Shown one piece after another: positions 26,585-39,871 of a DNA stretch of 64,000 bases. The stretch's first letter is position 1. Each line of letters opens with the position of its first letter. The translations under genes were made by a program, and so were the position numbers. Origin of the DNA: Eledone cirrhosa. Lineage: Eukaryota. The DNA lies in assembly GCA_964016885.1 (NCBI GenBank), contig OZ024752.1, forward strand, positions 33,542,001 through 33,606,000, in the 5' to 3' direction. Under the pieces are notes generated by a model. That model had not been told where the DNA came from. It saw nothing but the letters and a program-made list of their open reading frames with translations, and made no database searches.

Positions 26585-27997
26585 TGAAGTTGTATATTCT
26601 GTTGTTATTAAAAGAGTAGCAAAACAGGAAGTTGTATATTTAGTTATTAAAAGGGTAGTCAAACAGGAAGTAGCATATTAAGTTGTTATTAAAAGGGCAG
26701 TCAAACAGGAAGTAGCATATTAAGTTGTTATTAAAAGGGTAGTCAAACAGGAAGTAGCATATTAAGTTGTTATTAAAAGGGTAGTCAAACAGGAAGTAGC
26801 ATATTAAGTTGTTATTAAAAGGGTAGTCAAACAGGAAGTAGCATATTAAGTTGTTATTAAAAGGGTAGTCAAACAGGAAGTAGCATATTCAGTTGTTATT
26901 AAAAGGGCAGTCAAACAGTAAGTTGTATATTGAGTTGTTAAAAGGGTAGTCAAACAGGAAGTAGCATGGTGAGTTGTTATTAAAAAGGTAGTTAAACAGG
27001 AAGTAGCATATTTAGTTGTTATTAAAACAGGAAGTTGTATATTTAGTTGCTATTAAAAGGGTAGTCAAACAGGAAGTTGTATATTTAGTTGTTATTAAAT
27101 GGGTAGTCAAACAGGAAATTGTATATTGAGTTATTAAAAGGGTGGTCAAACAGGAAGTAGTATATTTTGTTATTAAAAGGGTAGTCAAACAGGAAGTTGT
27201 ATATTTAGTTGTTATTAAATGGGTAGTCAAACAGGAAATTGTATATTGAGTTATTAAAAGGGTGGTCAAACAGGAAGTAGTATATTTTGTTATTAAAAGG
27301 GTAGTCAAACGGAAAGTTGTATATCTTGTTATTATTAGTGGTTTGAGCATTGGGCTTGCAATCGAAAGGCTGTGAGTTTGATTCTCAGATCGGGTGATGC
27401 GTTATGTTCTTAAGCAAGATGCTCTATTTCAGGTTGCTCCAGTTTACTCAGGTGAAGAAATAAGTTGCGACATCACTGGTGCTAAGCTATATCAGCCATA
27501 GCCTATCCCTTGGACATCATCAGTGGTATGGTGAGGGGAGGCTAGTGTGCATGGACGACTGCTGGTCTTACTCAAAACAACCTTGCCCGTACTTGTCCCT
27601 TGGAGGGAAACTTTCTAGGTGCAAATCCCATGGTCATTTGTGACTGAAAGGAGGTCTTCGAGTCAAACAGGAAGTAGTATATTGAGTTGTTATTAAAAGG
27701 GTAGTCAAACAGGAAGTTGTATATTTCATTATTAAAAGGGTAGTTAAACAGGAAGGTGCATATTTAGCTGTTATTAAAAGGGTAGTCAAACAGGAAGGTG
27801 TATATTTCATTATTAAAAGGGTAGTCAAACAGGAAGGTGTATATTTAGTTGTTATTAAAAGGGTAGTCAAACAGGAAGGTGTATATTTAGTTGTTATTAA
27901 AAGGGTAGTCAAACAGGAAGGTGTATATTTAGTTGTTATTAAAAGGGTAGTCAAACAGGAAGGTGTATATTTAGTTGTTATTAAAAGGGTAGTCAAG
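26585..27997. repeat. 39/42 bp minisatellite interrupted by a SINE
   Basis: Unit gttgttattaaaagggtagtcaaacaggaagtagcatattaa. Blocks at 26585-27335 and 27660-27997. Confidence 0.92.
27337..27659 (+). mobile_element. tRNA-headed SINE with CORE-like segment
   Basis: agtggtttgagcattgggcttgcaatcgaaaggctgtgagtttgattctc head, shared with the 23768-24113 element, but with a different 3' part. Confidence 0.7.
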
Positions 27998-28317
27998 CTG
28001 GTTTAGCTTACCATTTAATAACAAAATCAAAATCTTGATAAATCTACTGAAAGACAAAGGCACTAGAGTCAAATTGTAAACATTTCATTATTATTAGTTT
28101 TTGACCCAAGTGATAAATAATGTATTATTATTTCTGACAATTATGAGTTCAAATCCCGCCGAAGTTAACTTTCCCTTTCATCCTTATGGGGTCGATAAAA
28201 TAAAGTACCAGTCACGCACTGGGGTTGATTTAATCGACTTCCCCCTCCCCCAAAATTGCTGGCCTTGTGCCTATATAAGAAACCATTATTTCTGACAATT
28301 ATATATATATATATATA

Positions 28318-28763
28318 TCATCATCATCATCATACGTCTGCTTTTCCCTGCTTGCAAGGGTGGGGTGGGTCCTAGTCAGCACAGCATCTCTCCACTTGTC
28401 ACGGTCCTTCGTCATCTCCACTGTGAGCTTCAGGGATCTGAGGTCTGCTCTCACCACCTCCGCCCATGTTTTATGTGGTCTACCTCTGCTGTGTCTTCCT
28501 TCTACTGGGATTTCTTGGCACTTCTTTACCCAGCGGTCATCCTCCATGTGCATCACATGTCCATACCATCTCAGCCTTCTCTCCTGCACACCACAACCTA
28601 TCCCTCTTATACCCAGTTTCTTTCTCAACTCGTCTATGCTTGGTCGTTCACGCACATTGACATTGCACATCCAACGGAGCATACTTGCTTCATTTCTCTC
28701 CAGCCGTCACATATCCTCTGCAGTTGCCGCCCATGTCTCACTACCATGCAGCATCGCACATCT

Positions 28764-28768
<5 letters not shown>
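28318..28768 (-). mobile_element. RTE-clade LINE, 5'-truncated 3' end
   Basis: AMLHGSETW...RLERNEASMLRWMCNV...ERRLRWYGHVMHM...RGRPHKTW, ending in (GAT)n. Contains an in-frame stop. Confidence 0.9.
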
Positions 28769-28802
<34 letters not shown>

Positions 28803-30127
28803 ATATATAACTGGAAAAGCAGGCGTAAAAACGATGATGATATATAATAAATAAATAAATAAATATAAATAAATATATATATATATATAAATGAGGTCGT
28901 GTAGGTGTCACGACAAAAAAAAAAACACACAGTCCACACTGTAATGTGGCCGTGTAAAAACGTCCCAGTCCCACACTGTAAATGTGGTTGGTGTTAGGAA
29001 CGGCATCCAGCTGTAGAAAACCTGCCAGACAGTCCTATGCGAGCAAGACAACCACTCTTGCCTCAAGTGGGAAAACGCCCGTCCAAACCCATGCAAGCGT
29101 GGAATATGGACGTTAAACGATGATGATGATGATGATGATGATATATATATCATGAAACTACCACTTTGTTCTTTTGCATTTCTCTGTTATATATATTTAT
29201 ATATATATATGTTGTTTTTCGTTTTGTTTTGTTTCCGTTTGTTGTCTTGTCCTCTCTTTGATAATTTTCTTAAGAGAGAGTATTAACAAATCAATAAGTC
29301 AATACTTAGATGTCATAGATCTACATTGTCCTCATTGTGGTGGATAACTGTTTTGTAAAGGTCATGGACATCTACTAGGATCTAAGTGGAACCATTGTAT
29401 CGACCTATTTAAATATTTTACATACACATGACAGACTCTACACAGAAATGGATTGAGCATTTTAATGTATGTGAAATGAAAAAATAGAATACATATATAT
29501 ATACATACATACATACATATATATGTATATATATAATATCAAATGTTACTATTGGTTTTATGTGATTACTAAAACATTTGTTGTGTTATCAATACCAAAA
29601 TAAGGTGTAGGATGATAGAAGCTGAAAAGAACAGCTTTCTTTTGTTTCCTGATTAGAGGAAGATATCAATAATGTTCTTTAGAAAGAAACTATTTCATCT
29701 GTAAGTACATAAGTTAATAAAAAATAAAAAAAATGGCTGCATGTACTTTTGTTATTTATGTAAAGAAGAAAAGAAAAAAAATAAGTACGAAATAAGAACA
29801 AAAAAAATAATTTATTTTGTTTGGTGTTTCAACTACTTTCATAGTTTCTTTTGTTAAAAAGCTATTTAATAAATAAAAAAAGAAAGAATGCTTTTGGTTA
29901 TATAGAATATTGTTATGTCTAATGGATTTGGATATCAGAAATAAAGCAATAAACACTGTTATTCTTAGCTCAGCTTGACAGTATTTAATGCTGCAGCTAA
30001 AGATAGAACTTTGTTTCAGTTTTAATTGGTGCACAAAGGCATGATGTTATAATGCCACTTGTATTTCATTGTGTTGTAGTGTATTAAAGTGAGCACCATT
30101 CACTTTGGGAGCATATATATATATATA

Positions 30128-30173
<46 letters not shown>

Positions 30174-33109
30174 ATATATATGTATAAATACTGTGTATGT
30201 GTGTATATATGTATGTATAAATACTGTGTATGTATATATGTATATATGTATGTATAAATACTGTGTGTGTATATATGTATGTATAAATACTGTATATGTA
30301 TATATATATATATATTGTATATATTGTGTATCTTTGTTTGAAGCATAGTGCAGTTTATTGAAAGCATAAGCCTCAGCTCAGCCCAAGATGATTACTATTA
30401 CTTAGTCATACATCAAAATTATTACCTTCAGTAAAAAAGCAATTTCTAGAATTTTATTTTGCTTAAAGATGCATTCTGAGATAGTCCTAAAGATAAAGAA
30501 AGGGAAGCTTTTAATGTTGTTGTTAAACCCTAGGTCAACTCTGATTGAGTAGACATGATCAAAAGTGTTCAAGCCATGACCATTTATTTTATCTTTCCGT
30601 ATATCTAGAACTGCATTGTCTAATGTGTTCTTTTTTAAGGTAGAGTATGATTTGGTCTGAAGGAGATGTGGTTGGTATTTCTAGCAGGTCAAGCAACTAT
30701 ATACAAAACCTCTTTGTTGGGTCATGGCACCCTAATTGTATCATATTTTAGAAAAGTATTTTGGAAAGCAAGCAAAAAAAAAGAAAGAGCATTTTTAAAA
30801 TGAAAGGAAAAAATGTTCACGATTGATAAAACTTTGGAAGCAGAAGTTGAGGAAATGAAGTGGGGATATGAAGAATAATAAGAAATAAAAAAAACTTCAA
30901 TGAATAATTTATTGCTCAAAGACTTTTAGTATTTCTTTTTTTTTTTTAAATTTATTTGAAGATAAGCCTATTAGTTTTTATAGTATTTAATTTTTGTTTA
31001 CAGTTTTCCAATAACAGAGTTTCAGACAGAAATAATTGTAGCAATAATGTTTTCTTTTTTTTTCTTATTTGCTATATTTAGTTATATGAAAGAATTTATT
31101 TGATTTTGAAACACCTATATTTATTTTAGTTGTAAGTACTTCTAATATTATTGCTTCACGTTTAGTCATATTAGGCTATGTTGAAGATGGATAGCGTCTC
31201 TGAGTTATTCACTTTCTAAACCAATTCTGTTTGTCTCCTATGTCAACTAGTGTACAATCTTCTACACTTACTGATTCACCCATCACTATTTCAGCTTGTA
31301 GGTCAAGTCTTTGTTTTGTTTGTGAGGTCATTCTTCTTTGTATGGCCACAGGACAAGACAATGAACAACTCTTGGTGACTTCCTTCACAAGCACTGTATA
31401 CTTATGGACTTTTCATGGGAGAATATAAAGATGTTAGTGTTCACTGAGTTGTTAGAGAGTCAGATTAGCAATCATGAGCTTGTGGGTTAAATTCCTGGAC
31501 TGGGTGATGCATTATAGCTTGAGCAAGACACTTTATTTGGCAATGTGTCTTCTGCCAAGAATTGTGACCGGTAGATAGTATCAGCAGTGGAAAGACCAAT
31601 GGAAATATTATCTCCTTGGTTCAATTTGACAAGTTCCACCCCACTTGGTAAGCAAATGAGGCCTGATATATTGTCGATAGTTTCCATAAAGGTGACTCTC
31701 CCTCCCATTGTTTTCCTGAAGGTATTATTGTTTTGTTTTACAAGACACTTTCTTGTCAGCTAGTTACAGACAAGTTCACCATATTTGTGCACTCACAATA
31801 TAAGGACCTGGAACAATTACTGAAAAGCATTTTGTCTGTTTTAACAATTCTGCTGATTCACTACTCTGGACTAGTGCTATAATTTTTTTACCCTCTTCAT
31901 CCCAGAAGGATTTGAGCTCAATATGTAAAGAGTCAGAACAAATATCACAAGGCATTTTATTTGATGCTGTGATGATTCTGTCAATTATCTACCTGATGAG
32001 CTCATAATAAGATGAAAACAAATTAGAAGTTATCTCCTATATTTATCAAAATATTTAAGACCAGCTGGATCCATTGAAATTCCATGTTTATGCATAAATT
32101 TATAGTTTTTCATAACATTGTTCATTACATTAAAGATTACACTTGTCTTTGATTTTTCAATTTTGTTGCATAGTTAATGTGTAAAACTTGAATTTGTTTC
32201 ATCTTAACTATTTTGTTTGTCTTCGATTTTGCTACATAGTTAAGTCTGCTGAAATCATAGCACTTAAACATGTCTCATTCTGTTAAAGATTTTGATTGCT
32301 GGAAGATATTAATTTAAATAAGTCGTTTTGTATCATAGAACTCGTTGATTTTTGCCTGGTTGGTATCAAAAGGGTTAAACAGTGTTAAAATAATTTTAAC
32401 ATTTAACACATGACAATGGGTTGCTGACTGATTTTAAAGCATGGCAAAATTAGTGATGCCTTAATTTTTCAAATTTTGTTTCAAGTACCTGTCTGTTCAT
32501 CATCATCATCATCATTTAAATTCTGTCTTCATGGCTAGCAAGAGATGGATGTGTTTTCACAAACTGAATCAGTACACTAGCAGAGCTACTGACTTTAAGA
32601 TGAGCGTGGAGGGGAGTGCTACATTTTGCTTATATACATTCCTACACTTTACTGAGTGCATTTTATTGTAGCACCAGCACTAAAGAGGTTGTCATGCCAT
32701 TGACACAGCTGAAGAGTTCTTCTGATCCTTTGTTTGGCATATTTTCTATGACTGGATGCCCTCCCTATCACCAGCCATTCTACAGAGTGTACTGGGTACA
32801 TTTTCAGTTTGTCGCTGTTATCATGTCTGACGAGAGACTGAACACCATTGACTGTCAAACAGAAAAGTAAGACTTTACAGACAGGATCATGGTGAAAAGG
32901 CATCAAATATTACAGAAGAGTGCAATATTTTACTAATTAAACAACATAAAATCTCTGTAAACATGCTTTTTAATATAACTCGTTCAAAATGGCTTCCTTT
33001 GTTTACAGTTAGATCAATTATCTGAATCTGAATAATCAGTTATCGTTTGTTTAACTCATTGTTTTAGTTTATATATTGTGTAATTATATATATTGTGTGT
33101 AGTCATTGT

Positions 33110-33750
33110 ATCATCATCATCGTTTAACGTCTATCTTCCACGCTAGCATGGGTTAGACAGGAGTTGTCCCACTTGAGGCAAGGTTGGTCGGGTGACCGCG
33201 TCTCGCTCATATAGGACTATCTATTTTCTACGGCTGGATGCCCTTCCTAAAACCAACCACATTTACAGTGTGGAACTGGGAACTTTTTACCGTGTTACCT
33301 ACATGGCCACATTACAGTGTGGACTGAGATTTTTTGTTGTGACACAATCTCGATCTCATTTATTTGGACTGGATGTTGTAGTACCAACTTTACAGAGAGA
33401 GGGTGGTGTTGGTGGGAGTGGGAGGATAGGGTAGGGGTAGTGGATTGAGGTGCCTACTGACTGTAGGTTTCGCTTTGTACATAGGCAAGGCGGGTCTTCT
33501 GTATTACTGCATAGTGACATTGTCTTAGAGAGGTGCAAGTGTGTAAGGTTGGAATTTATCAGATCGTCCCAGGTTTTTCTGGGTCTACCTACTCTGTAAC
33601 TACCATAAATTTTGATCGCCCTGCACTTTTTTATACAGCTGTCGTCTTTCATGCGCATCACGTGGCCATACCAACGTAGTCTTCTCTCAAGTAAACAATA
33701 TATCATCCCTCTTATTCCTAATTTCTCACTTAGTTCATTTATGCTTTGTC
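33110..33750 (-). mobile_element. RTE 3' fragment plus unit-bearing tail (reverse copy of 24327-24974)
   Basis: ERRLRWYGHVMRMKDDSCIKKCRAIKI...GRPRKTWDD with the same linker and tail. Confidence 0.85.
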
Positions 33751-33925
33751 ATATATAACTTACACATATATATTGTGTAAGTTATATATTGTGTTTAGTC
33801 ATTATATATTGTCGTCAATATATATTGTTCAGTCATTGTATATTGTGTTTAGTCATTATATATTGTGTAGTTATTATATATAGTGTTTAGTCATTATATA
33901 TTGTGTCGTCAATATATATTGTGTC

Positions 33926-34110
33926 GGTAGATTGGCAGTATCGGTAGAGGGTCGGACACCATGCTTTGTAGCATAGTTACGTCCCTTTATGGTCTGATTT
34001 CAAATCCCGCCGAGGGGAACTTTGCCTTTCATCCTTACAGGGTCGATAAAATAAAGCACCAGTAATGTACTGGGGAAATTGCTGGCCTTGTGCCAAAAGT
34101 AGAAACAATT
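33926..34110 (+). mobile_element. tRNA-derived SINE within an AT-rich degenerate minisatellite (33765-34185)
   Basis: Same family as 14003-14191. Flanked by atatatattgtgt. Confidence 0.85.
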
Positions 34111-34413
34111 ATATATATTGTGTAGTCAATATATAATGTGTGCAGTCAGTATATATTGTAAAGTCATATATTGTGTAGTCAATTTACAGAATGTATGTAT
34201 ACACTTAGGAATACTTCTGGAGAAAATATTTAATGTTGTTTTCCTTCCAATATTTTTAACAAGTCTTGTGTCTTGTGCTAATTTAAAATAAGAGTAGACC
34301 AAGGTAATTTACTATATTTATGTTTGTTGTAGTATATATAATGTATAAAATTTAGAATTTTTATTTTTATTTTGTAGTTGGCCTTATGTAACAGTAGAGA
34401 GCATCTTCGATTT

Positions 34414-34445
<32 letters not shown>

Positions 34446-34467
34446 AACGTGTGTATATATATATATA

Positions 34468-34748
34468 TCATCATCATTCATCATCATTTTACGTTCGCTT
34501 TTCTCTGCTTGCAAGGGTGGGACGGGTCTTATTCAGCACAGCATCTCTCCACTCATCACGGCCCTTCGTCATCTCCACTGTGAGCTTCAATGATCTGAGG
34601 TCTGTTCTCACCACCTCCACCCATGTTTTTCGTGGTCTACCTCTACCACGCCTTCCTTCAACTGGCATTTCCTGGCAATTCTTCACCCATCGGTCATCCT
34701 CCATGCGCATCACATGTTCATACCACCTCAGTCTCCTCCCCCGTACAC
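34468..34748 (-). mobile_element. RTE-clade LINE 3' end
   Basis: MRMEDDRWVKNCQEMPVEGRRGRGRPRKTWVEVVRTDL...PTLASREKRT* followed by (GAT)n. Confidence 0.88.
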
Positions 34749-34966
34749 TACATTATATATATATATAATGTACCCACGGCATTCGTGGTCCCAGTTATTT
34801 ACGGAATTTTCCTTAGAACCTAACTCTTAATTGTTTGTGGAAACCACTGCATATTCGTAGGTTCGTAAATATCTTTTGTGATTTTTTTTTTTTTTTTTTA
34901 ATGGCTTTTTCGTGGCAATATATATACTTTTTAGCGCTAAATTATTCACAATATACCAGGGGACAA

Positions 34967-35014
<48 letters not shown>

Positions 35015-35709
35015 CACACTGTAAATGTGGTTGGTGTTAGGAAGGGCATCCAGCTGTAAAAAAAACCTGCCAGAGACACTTTTGTGCAAGCGAGACACAG
35101 TCTCCCGACGATTCCCGCATCAAATGGAACAAAACCGTCTAACCCATGCTAGTGGATGTTAAATGATGATGATGATATATATAAAATCTAAATGTGGCTG
35201 CCAAAGCTTCCTTTTTCCTTGTCTATAATTGGTGATCTGACCAGGTTTCCTTTTAGTTTTTAGGTGCTCTGACAGTAGTTATGCAGCATTGTTTTATCTA
35301 AGTTTTCTGACAAATAACATATTTATTTGGAAGGAGTGTGGTGCTTGTGCTGGTGGTGGGGGAGTTTATAAAAGAAAGCAATGAGATTTTACAAGCAGGT
35401 AGAATCCTTTCTTTGAAATAGTTTATCATGCTGAACAGCTTTGTAATGCATATATTTTCCAGAGCAATTCTTGAATTACCTAATCTCTGGTATATTTATT
35501 TAGTTATGCAACATAGCAACCAAATGTGTGTCATGGTGAAATACCAGTAGAAATAAGCAGTCATTTAGTACATTGTGATTTGATCCAGTTATTCCCCACC
35601 CCAACAAAACTGGATAATCTATATTTAGTTCACATCTATTCATTCAAAACTATCAAATCTGTATTCACTTTCTTTAAATTTAACATTTATATTAAATAAG
35701 GTAAAAACC

Positions 35710-35924
35710 TTAAACCCTTTAGCATTAATGTTATATTTACTATTGTATTTTTATGGTAAAGGCTTTATCTTACATAATTATCTCACATAATATGGAAGCT
35801 ATGAGATTTTGATATTATTTATTTTGAGTACAATACCTTAACATAAGTATGAGTGGCCAGTTTGAACAGAAAGAGGTGAGAGAATTTTGGCCAGATACAG
35901 CCGGTTTAAATGCTAAAGGGTTAA
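35710..35924 (-). mobile_element. piggyBac-type MITE
   Basis: TTAA-flanked TIRs, family body. Confidence 0.8.
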
Positions 35925-36137
35925 GCTCTGAATTGTTATATATCCACTAAAATCAAAGATGTAAGACAAGATTTTATTATCTTATTCATTGTGAGACTTG
36001 AGGAAAATAAGTAAACCTCCCCCAGGAACATATATATCATCATTATCAGTATTTAACATCCATTTTTTCCTGCTAGCAAGGGTCAGATGGAAGTCTGCTT
36101 CCTGTTTACATATGGTCATGTGTTTCATTTCATTTTC

Positions 36138-36206
<69 letters not shown>

Positions 36207-37457
36207 CATCCTCATCACCGTTTAACGTCCATCTTCCATGCTAACATGAGTCAGACGGTTTTGTTCCATTTGATGCGGGAATGGTCGGGAGACCGTGTTT
36301 CGCTCGCATGGAAGTGACTGGCTGGTTTTTTTACAGCTGGATGCCCTTCCTAATACCAACCACATTTACAGTGTGGACTGTTGTGTCATCGACACAGTGG
36401 ACGGAACAGGAAAAGGAGTAGGGTGTGGGGGTTGGGGTCTACATACAGGGTATCCCCCAAAAATGTATATAATACTTTAATTAGAATGCTGTTGAAGTGT
36501 GTATACAAATTGATACTATTTGAAATTAATCTACCCTCCAGCTTTTATCCATATACTAACTACTTATAGACCGTACTAATGAAGCAACACTTCAGAAGCC
36601 ATGTTATGCGGTATATTGCTGTGTTTCAGATGATGTCCTTTGGAGCTGAAAAAGATCATACTGACTATAGTTATTTCACATTTAAAATCCTAGGTCAATG
36701 CTACCATTTAATCAGCAATTTACTCCCCCCAGCCAAATAAAGAAGTTTTATGATTGTTTTGTTTTTATGTCTTTTTTTTTATGTCTTTCTCACAGACATT
36801 ACGGTCTCACCTCATACCAGACAGCACATCCAATAGTCGTTTTCTCTGTTCTCCCGGGCGAAGCTGCATACCTCAGCTAGTACAATAGTAAATATAGAGT
36901 AATGTAAATGCTAAGGGGTTAAGGCAACACCTGTGGAAGACGTCTGCAGTTTTATAGATTCTGCTGGTGTGATGTAGAGATGTTGACATCTCTATATCAC
37001 ACCATATAATGTAGTAGTGTTTAATGGGAGATCTAAGTTATTGACCAAAACATGAAGCATTATTTATTTATGGAACTCTCTATGAAATCAATAGCTTTCC
37101 TTATAAATTATGAGCCATTGGAAGTTGTATGACTGAAGGTCTAATAAAATAAATACTTCTAAATAATGTCATTATGTACTATAGTGTTGGTCTTATAACT
37201 TATTTACTACCAAGGAGAAATAGATACTCTAAGGTAGCTTTAATTCAAATGACTAACAGGCTGCCTAGTCATAAATTTCCTACTGTCAACTATCATTTCA
37301 ATCACTCAACCCTAACAAGACTATAGTCACTGCCCCTCCCCTCTCTTCCTCAAGCTCAGTTTATTATTATTATTATTTATTAATTCATAAGATTCACACA
37401 TTTAACCTTAATCCTTTCATAACAGTATTTCTAATGTACTATAAAGTGTTATTACAC

Positions 37458-37668
37458 TTAACCCTTTACCATTTAAACCAGCCATATCCGGCCAAAATTC
37501 CCTCACCTATTTCTGTTCAAACCGACTGTAACCGGCTGCTCGTACTTAAGTTAAGGTATTTTTCTCAAAATGAATAATATCAAAATCTCTCAGATTCGAT
37601 ATTATGTGAGATAATTATGAGATCGTGTTTACCATGAAAATAAAATAGTAAATATAGAGTAATGTAAA
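37458..37668 (+). mobile_element. piggyBac-type MITE lacking the outer right TIR
   Basis: Left end TTAACCCTTTACCATTTA intact. Right end stops at aatgtaaat and is followed by a copy of the upstream flank. Confidence 0.75.
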
Positions 37669-37725
37669 TCCTTTCATAACAGTATTTCTAATGTACTATA
37701 CAGTAATATTACACATTATTAAGTT

Positions 37726-37908
37726 GGTGGATTGGCTGTATCGAGAGAGGGTCGGACGCCATGCTTTGATGTATAGAGTTACGGCCCTTGCCATTCTGAG
37801 TTCAAGTCCCGCTGAGGTTAACTTTGCCTTTCATCCTTACGGGGGCGATAAAATAAAGTACCAGTAATGCACTGGGTAATTGCTGGCCTTGTGCCAACAG
37901 TAGAAACA
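37726..37908 (+). mobile_element. tRNA-derived SINE
   Basis: A and B boxes present. TSD attattaagttggt on both sides. Confidence 0.85.
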
Positions 37909-37947
37909 ATTATTAAGTTGGTAATTGTAACAAAACGTTTTTATAAA

Positions 37948-38312
37948 CAAGGGTTAGCTGAAAAGTTCATAGGCTGACCTAACTCTCATGGAATGACCAA
38001 ATATGGTATATATTTCAACATACTGTATTTCTCGGCGCTGAAGACACTTCCCCCTCGAGGACTCGCCCTAATTTTGACAACCAAAAATTGGGAAAAAAAT
38101 AATGAACAACCTTCGGCTTCCAGGACGCTTGGTAGATTTTTGAGACTTATTTTAGAAAAAAAGTAGTCTTTGACGCCAGGAAATACAGCAGTCCCTGGAA
38201 AGAAACAATGCAGTTATTAATGAGAAGAGTTGAAATTAATGCATGCAAAATTTGCCAGCTGTTAACATCACTCCTTCATAGTCAGCTTATGATCTTTTCA
38301 GCCCACCCTCAT
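37948..38312. mobile_element. Mariner-type MITE with a nested pogo/Tc2-like MITE (38021-38190)
   Basis: TIRs agggttagctgaaaagttcataggctgac / gtcagcttatgatcttttcagcccaccct. The insert sits at the TA of ttcaacaTAgtc, seen empty at about 3243. Confidence 0.8.
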
Positions 38313-39833
38313 ATTATGTTGGGGTGTTTTAATTTAAATAGGAATCCTTCAAAAATCAGTGGTTTAGGTGGGTTGGTATCATAAAGGTTAAAACCATTAA
38401 TTTATTGAAGTTAACGGAAGGTATTTGAACAGATTATTTTTAGTTAGAAAAATAAAACAAATTAAAAACAATTAATTATTGATGAAAACAATTTCTTTCT
38501 CATTGATTTCAACTCTTAAATTTATTCAGTCATTAAACATAATTTCAAATTCAAATCTGTGTTATAGAAATAAATATATGTGTAAAAATATGGTAATGAT
38601 AATGTTGCATAAGCTACTGAGGCTTGTAATGTTACGGTTACTAATCTGATGCAGGTGACATGGCCTATATGTAATATCTGTAAAGTTAGTATTACTAGTG
38701 TGTTACAGGTAACATTACATACCTGTAAAGTTAGTGTTACTATTACAGATAACAAGGGCGGTGAATTGGCACTATCAGTGGAGCATCAGACACCCTGCTT
38801 TACAGCATGGAGTTATGGCCCTTTGCATTCTGAGTTCAAATCCTGCTGAGGTTCACTTTGCCTTTCATCCTTCAAGTACCAGTAATGCACTGAGATAATT
38901 GCTGGCTTTGTGCCAAAAGTAGAAACAATTATTTTCAGCACTTGTTGTTTGAAAATTCCTTTCAGAAGTAGGTAACTCCTTGTTGAAAATAAAGACTATT
39001 TCTTTTGACTCCTTTCAGCAACTGAAAACTTCAACTCTATGTATGTTAAAACCATCTTCAACTTTATAGTTAATTGGGAACTTCTCCATTATGGTTTCAA
39101 CGACTCAGGAATTTAAGACTGAACCTCCATGTAACTCAAAACTATAAATTTGAGATTATTTCTTAACCTAATTCATTTACAATTTGAACAGTTCCCATTT
39201 TTCATTGATTCACATGTAATTCTCTCATTAGAATTTGAACTCTTTTCAAAAGCTTACTTGCTACATAAACAGATGCCAAATAGATTACTTTGTTTATTGC
39301 CAAGAACCCTTTTATAGTTATATTACAGAAGTACATTTGTGATTCCATACTATAGTTTAAAAAGAAGCATGCTATCTATTGTAAGTCTATCTTCTAACTA
39401 ACTTGGTTAAGATTTAACTACATAAATTCCATCCATTAGCTTAATCATTCTGTATCTCATTTCTCTTCTAGTTTATAAATGGTGTATCTAGGTCAGTGAA
39501 GAAGACCCAGTAAATTCCCCATCCTCAATCAGTTTCTCTTCAGCTATTATTGTTTCTAAAATTGACTATTGCATTTTAGAGTAAAAGAAAAAACAGCATT
39601 AAACTGATTCATATTTTCTTGTTGGGATTTCTTTCAATTAAGTGAATGTGCCCACCTAATATTCATCATCATCATCATCATGACTACAAAGTCTCTCCAC
39701 TATTCACAATTTTCTATTGCTCCTGGCAACTGATCCCTACTGATGTTTGTCTGAGAGTTGATCGATGAATGTTCAAGTAGGTCTTCTACTGTGGTTCCCA
39801 CAATATTAGTCCAATATTGCACACACACACACA

Positions 39834-39870
<37 letters not shown>

Positions 39871-39871
<1 letters not shown>

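Noticed and set aside
28299-28682. Functional reverse transcriptase gene
   Set aside because: Only the C-terminal RTE remnant, 5'-truncated, with an upstream stop.
31989-32030. CTGATGA...GAAA hammerhead-like boxes
   Set aside because: No pairable stem II or III.
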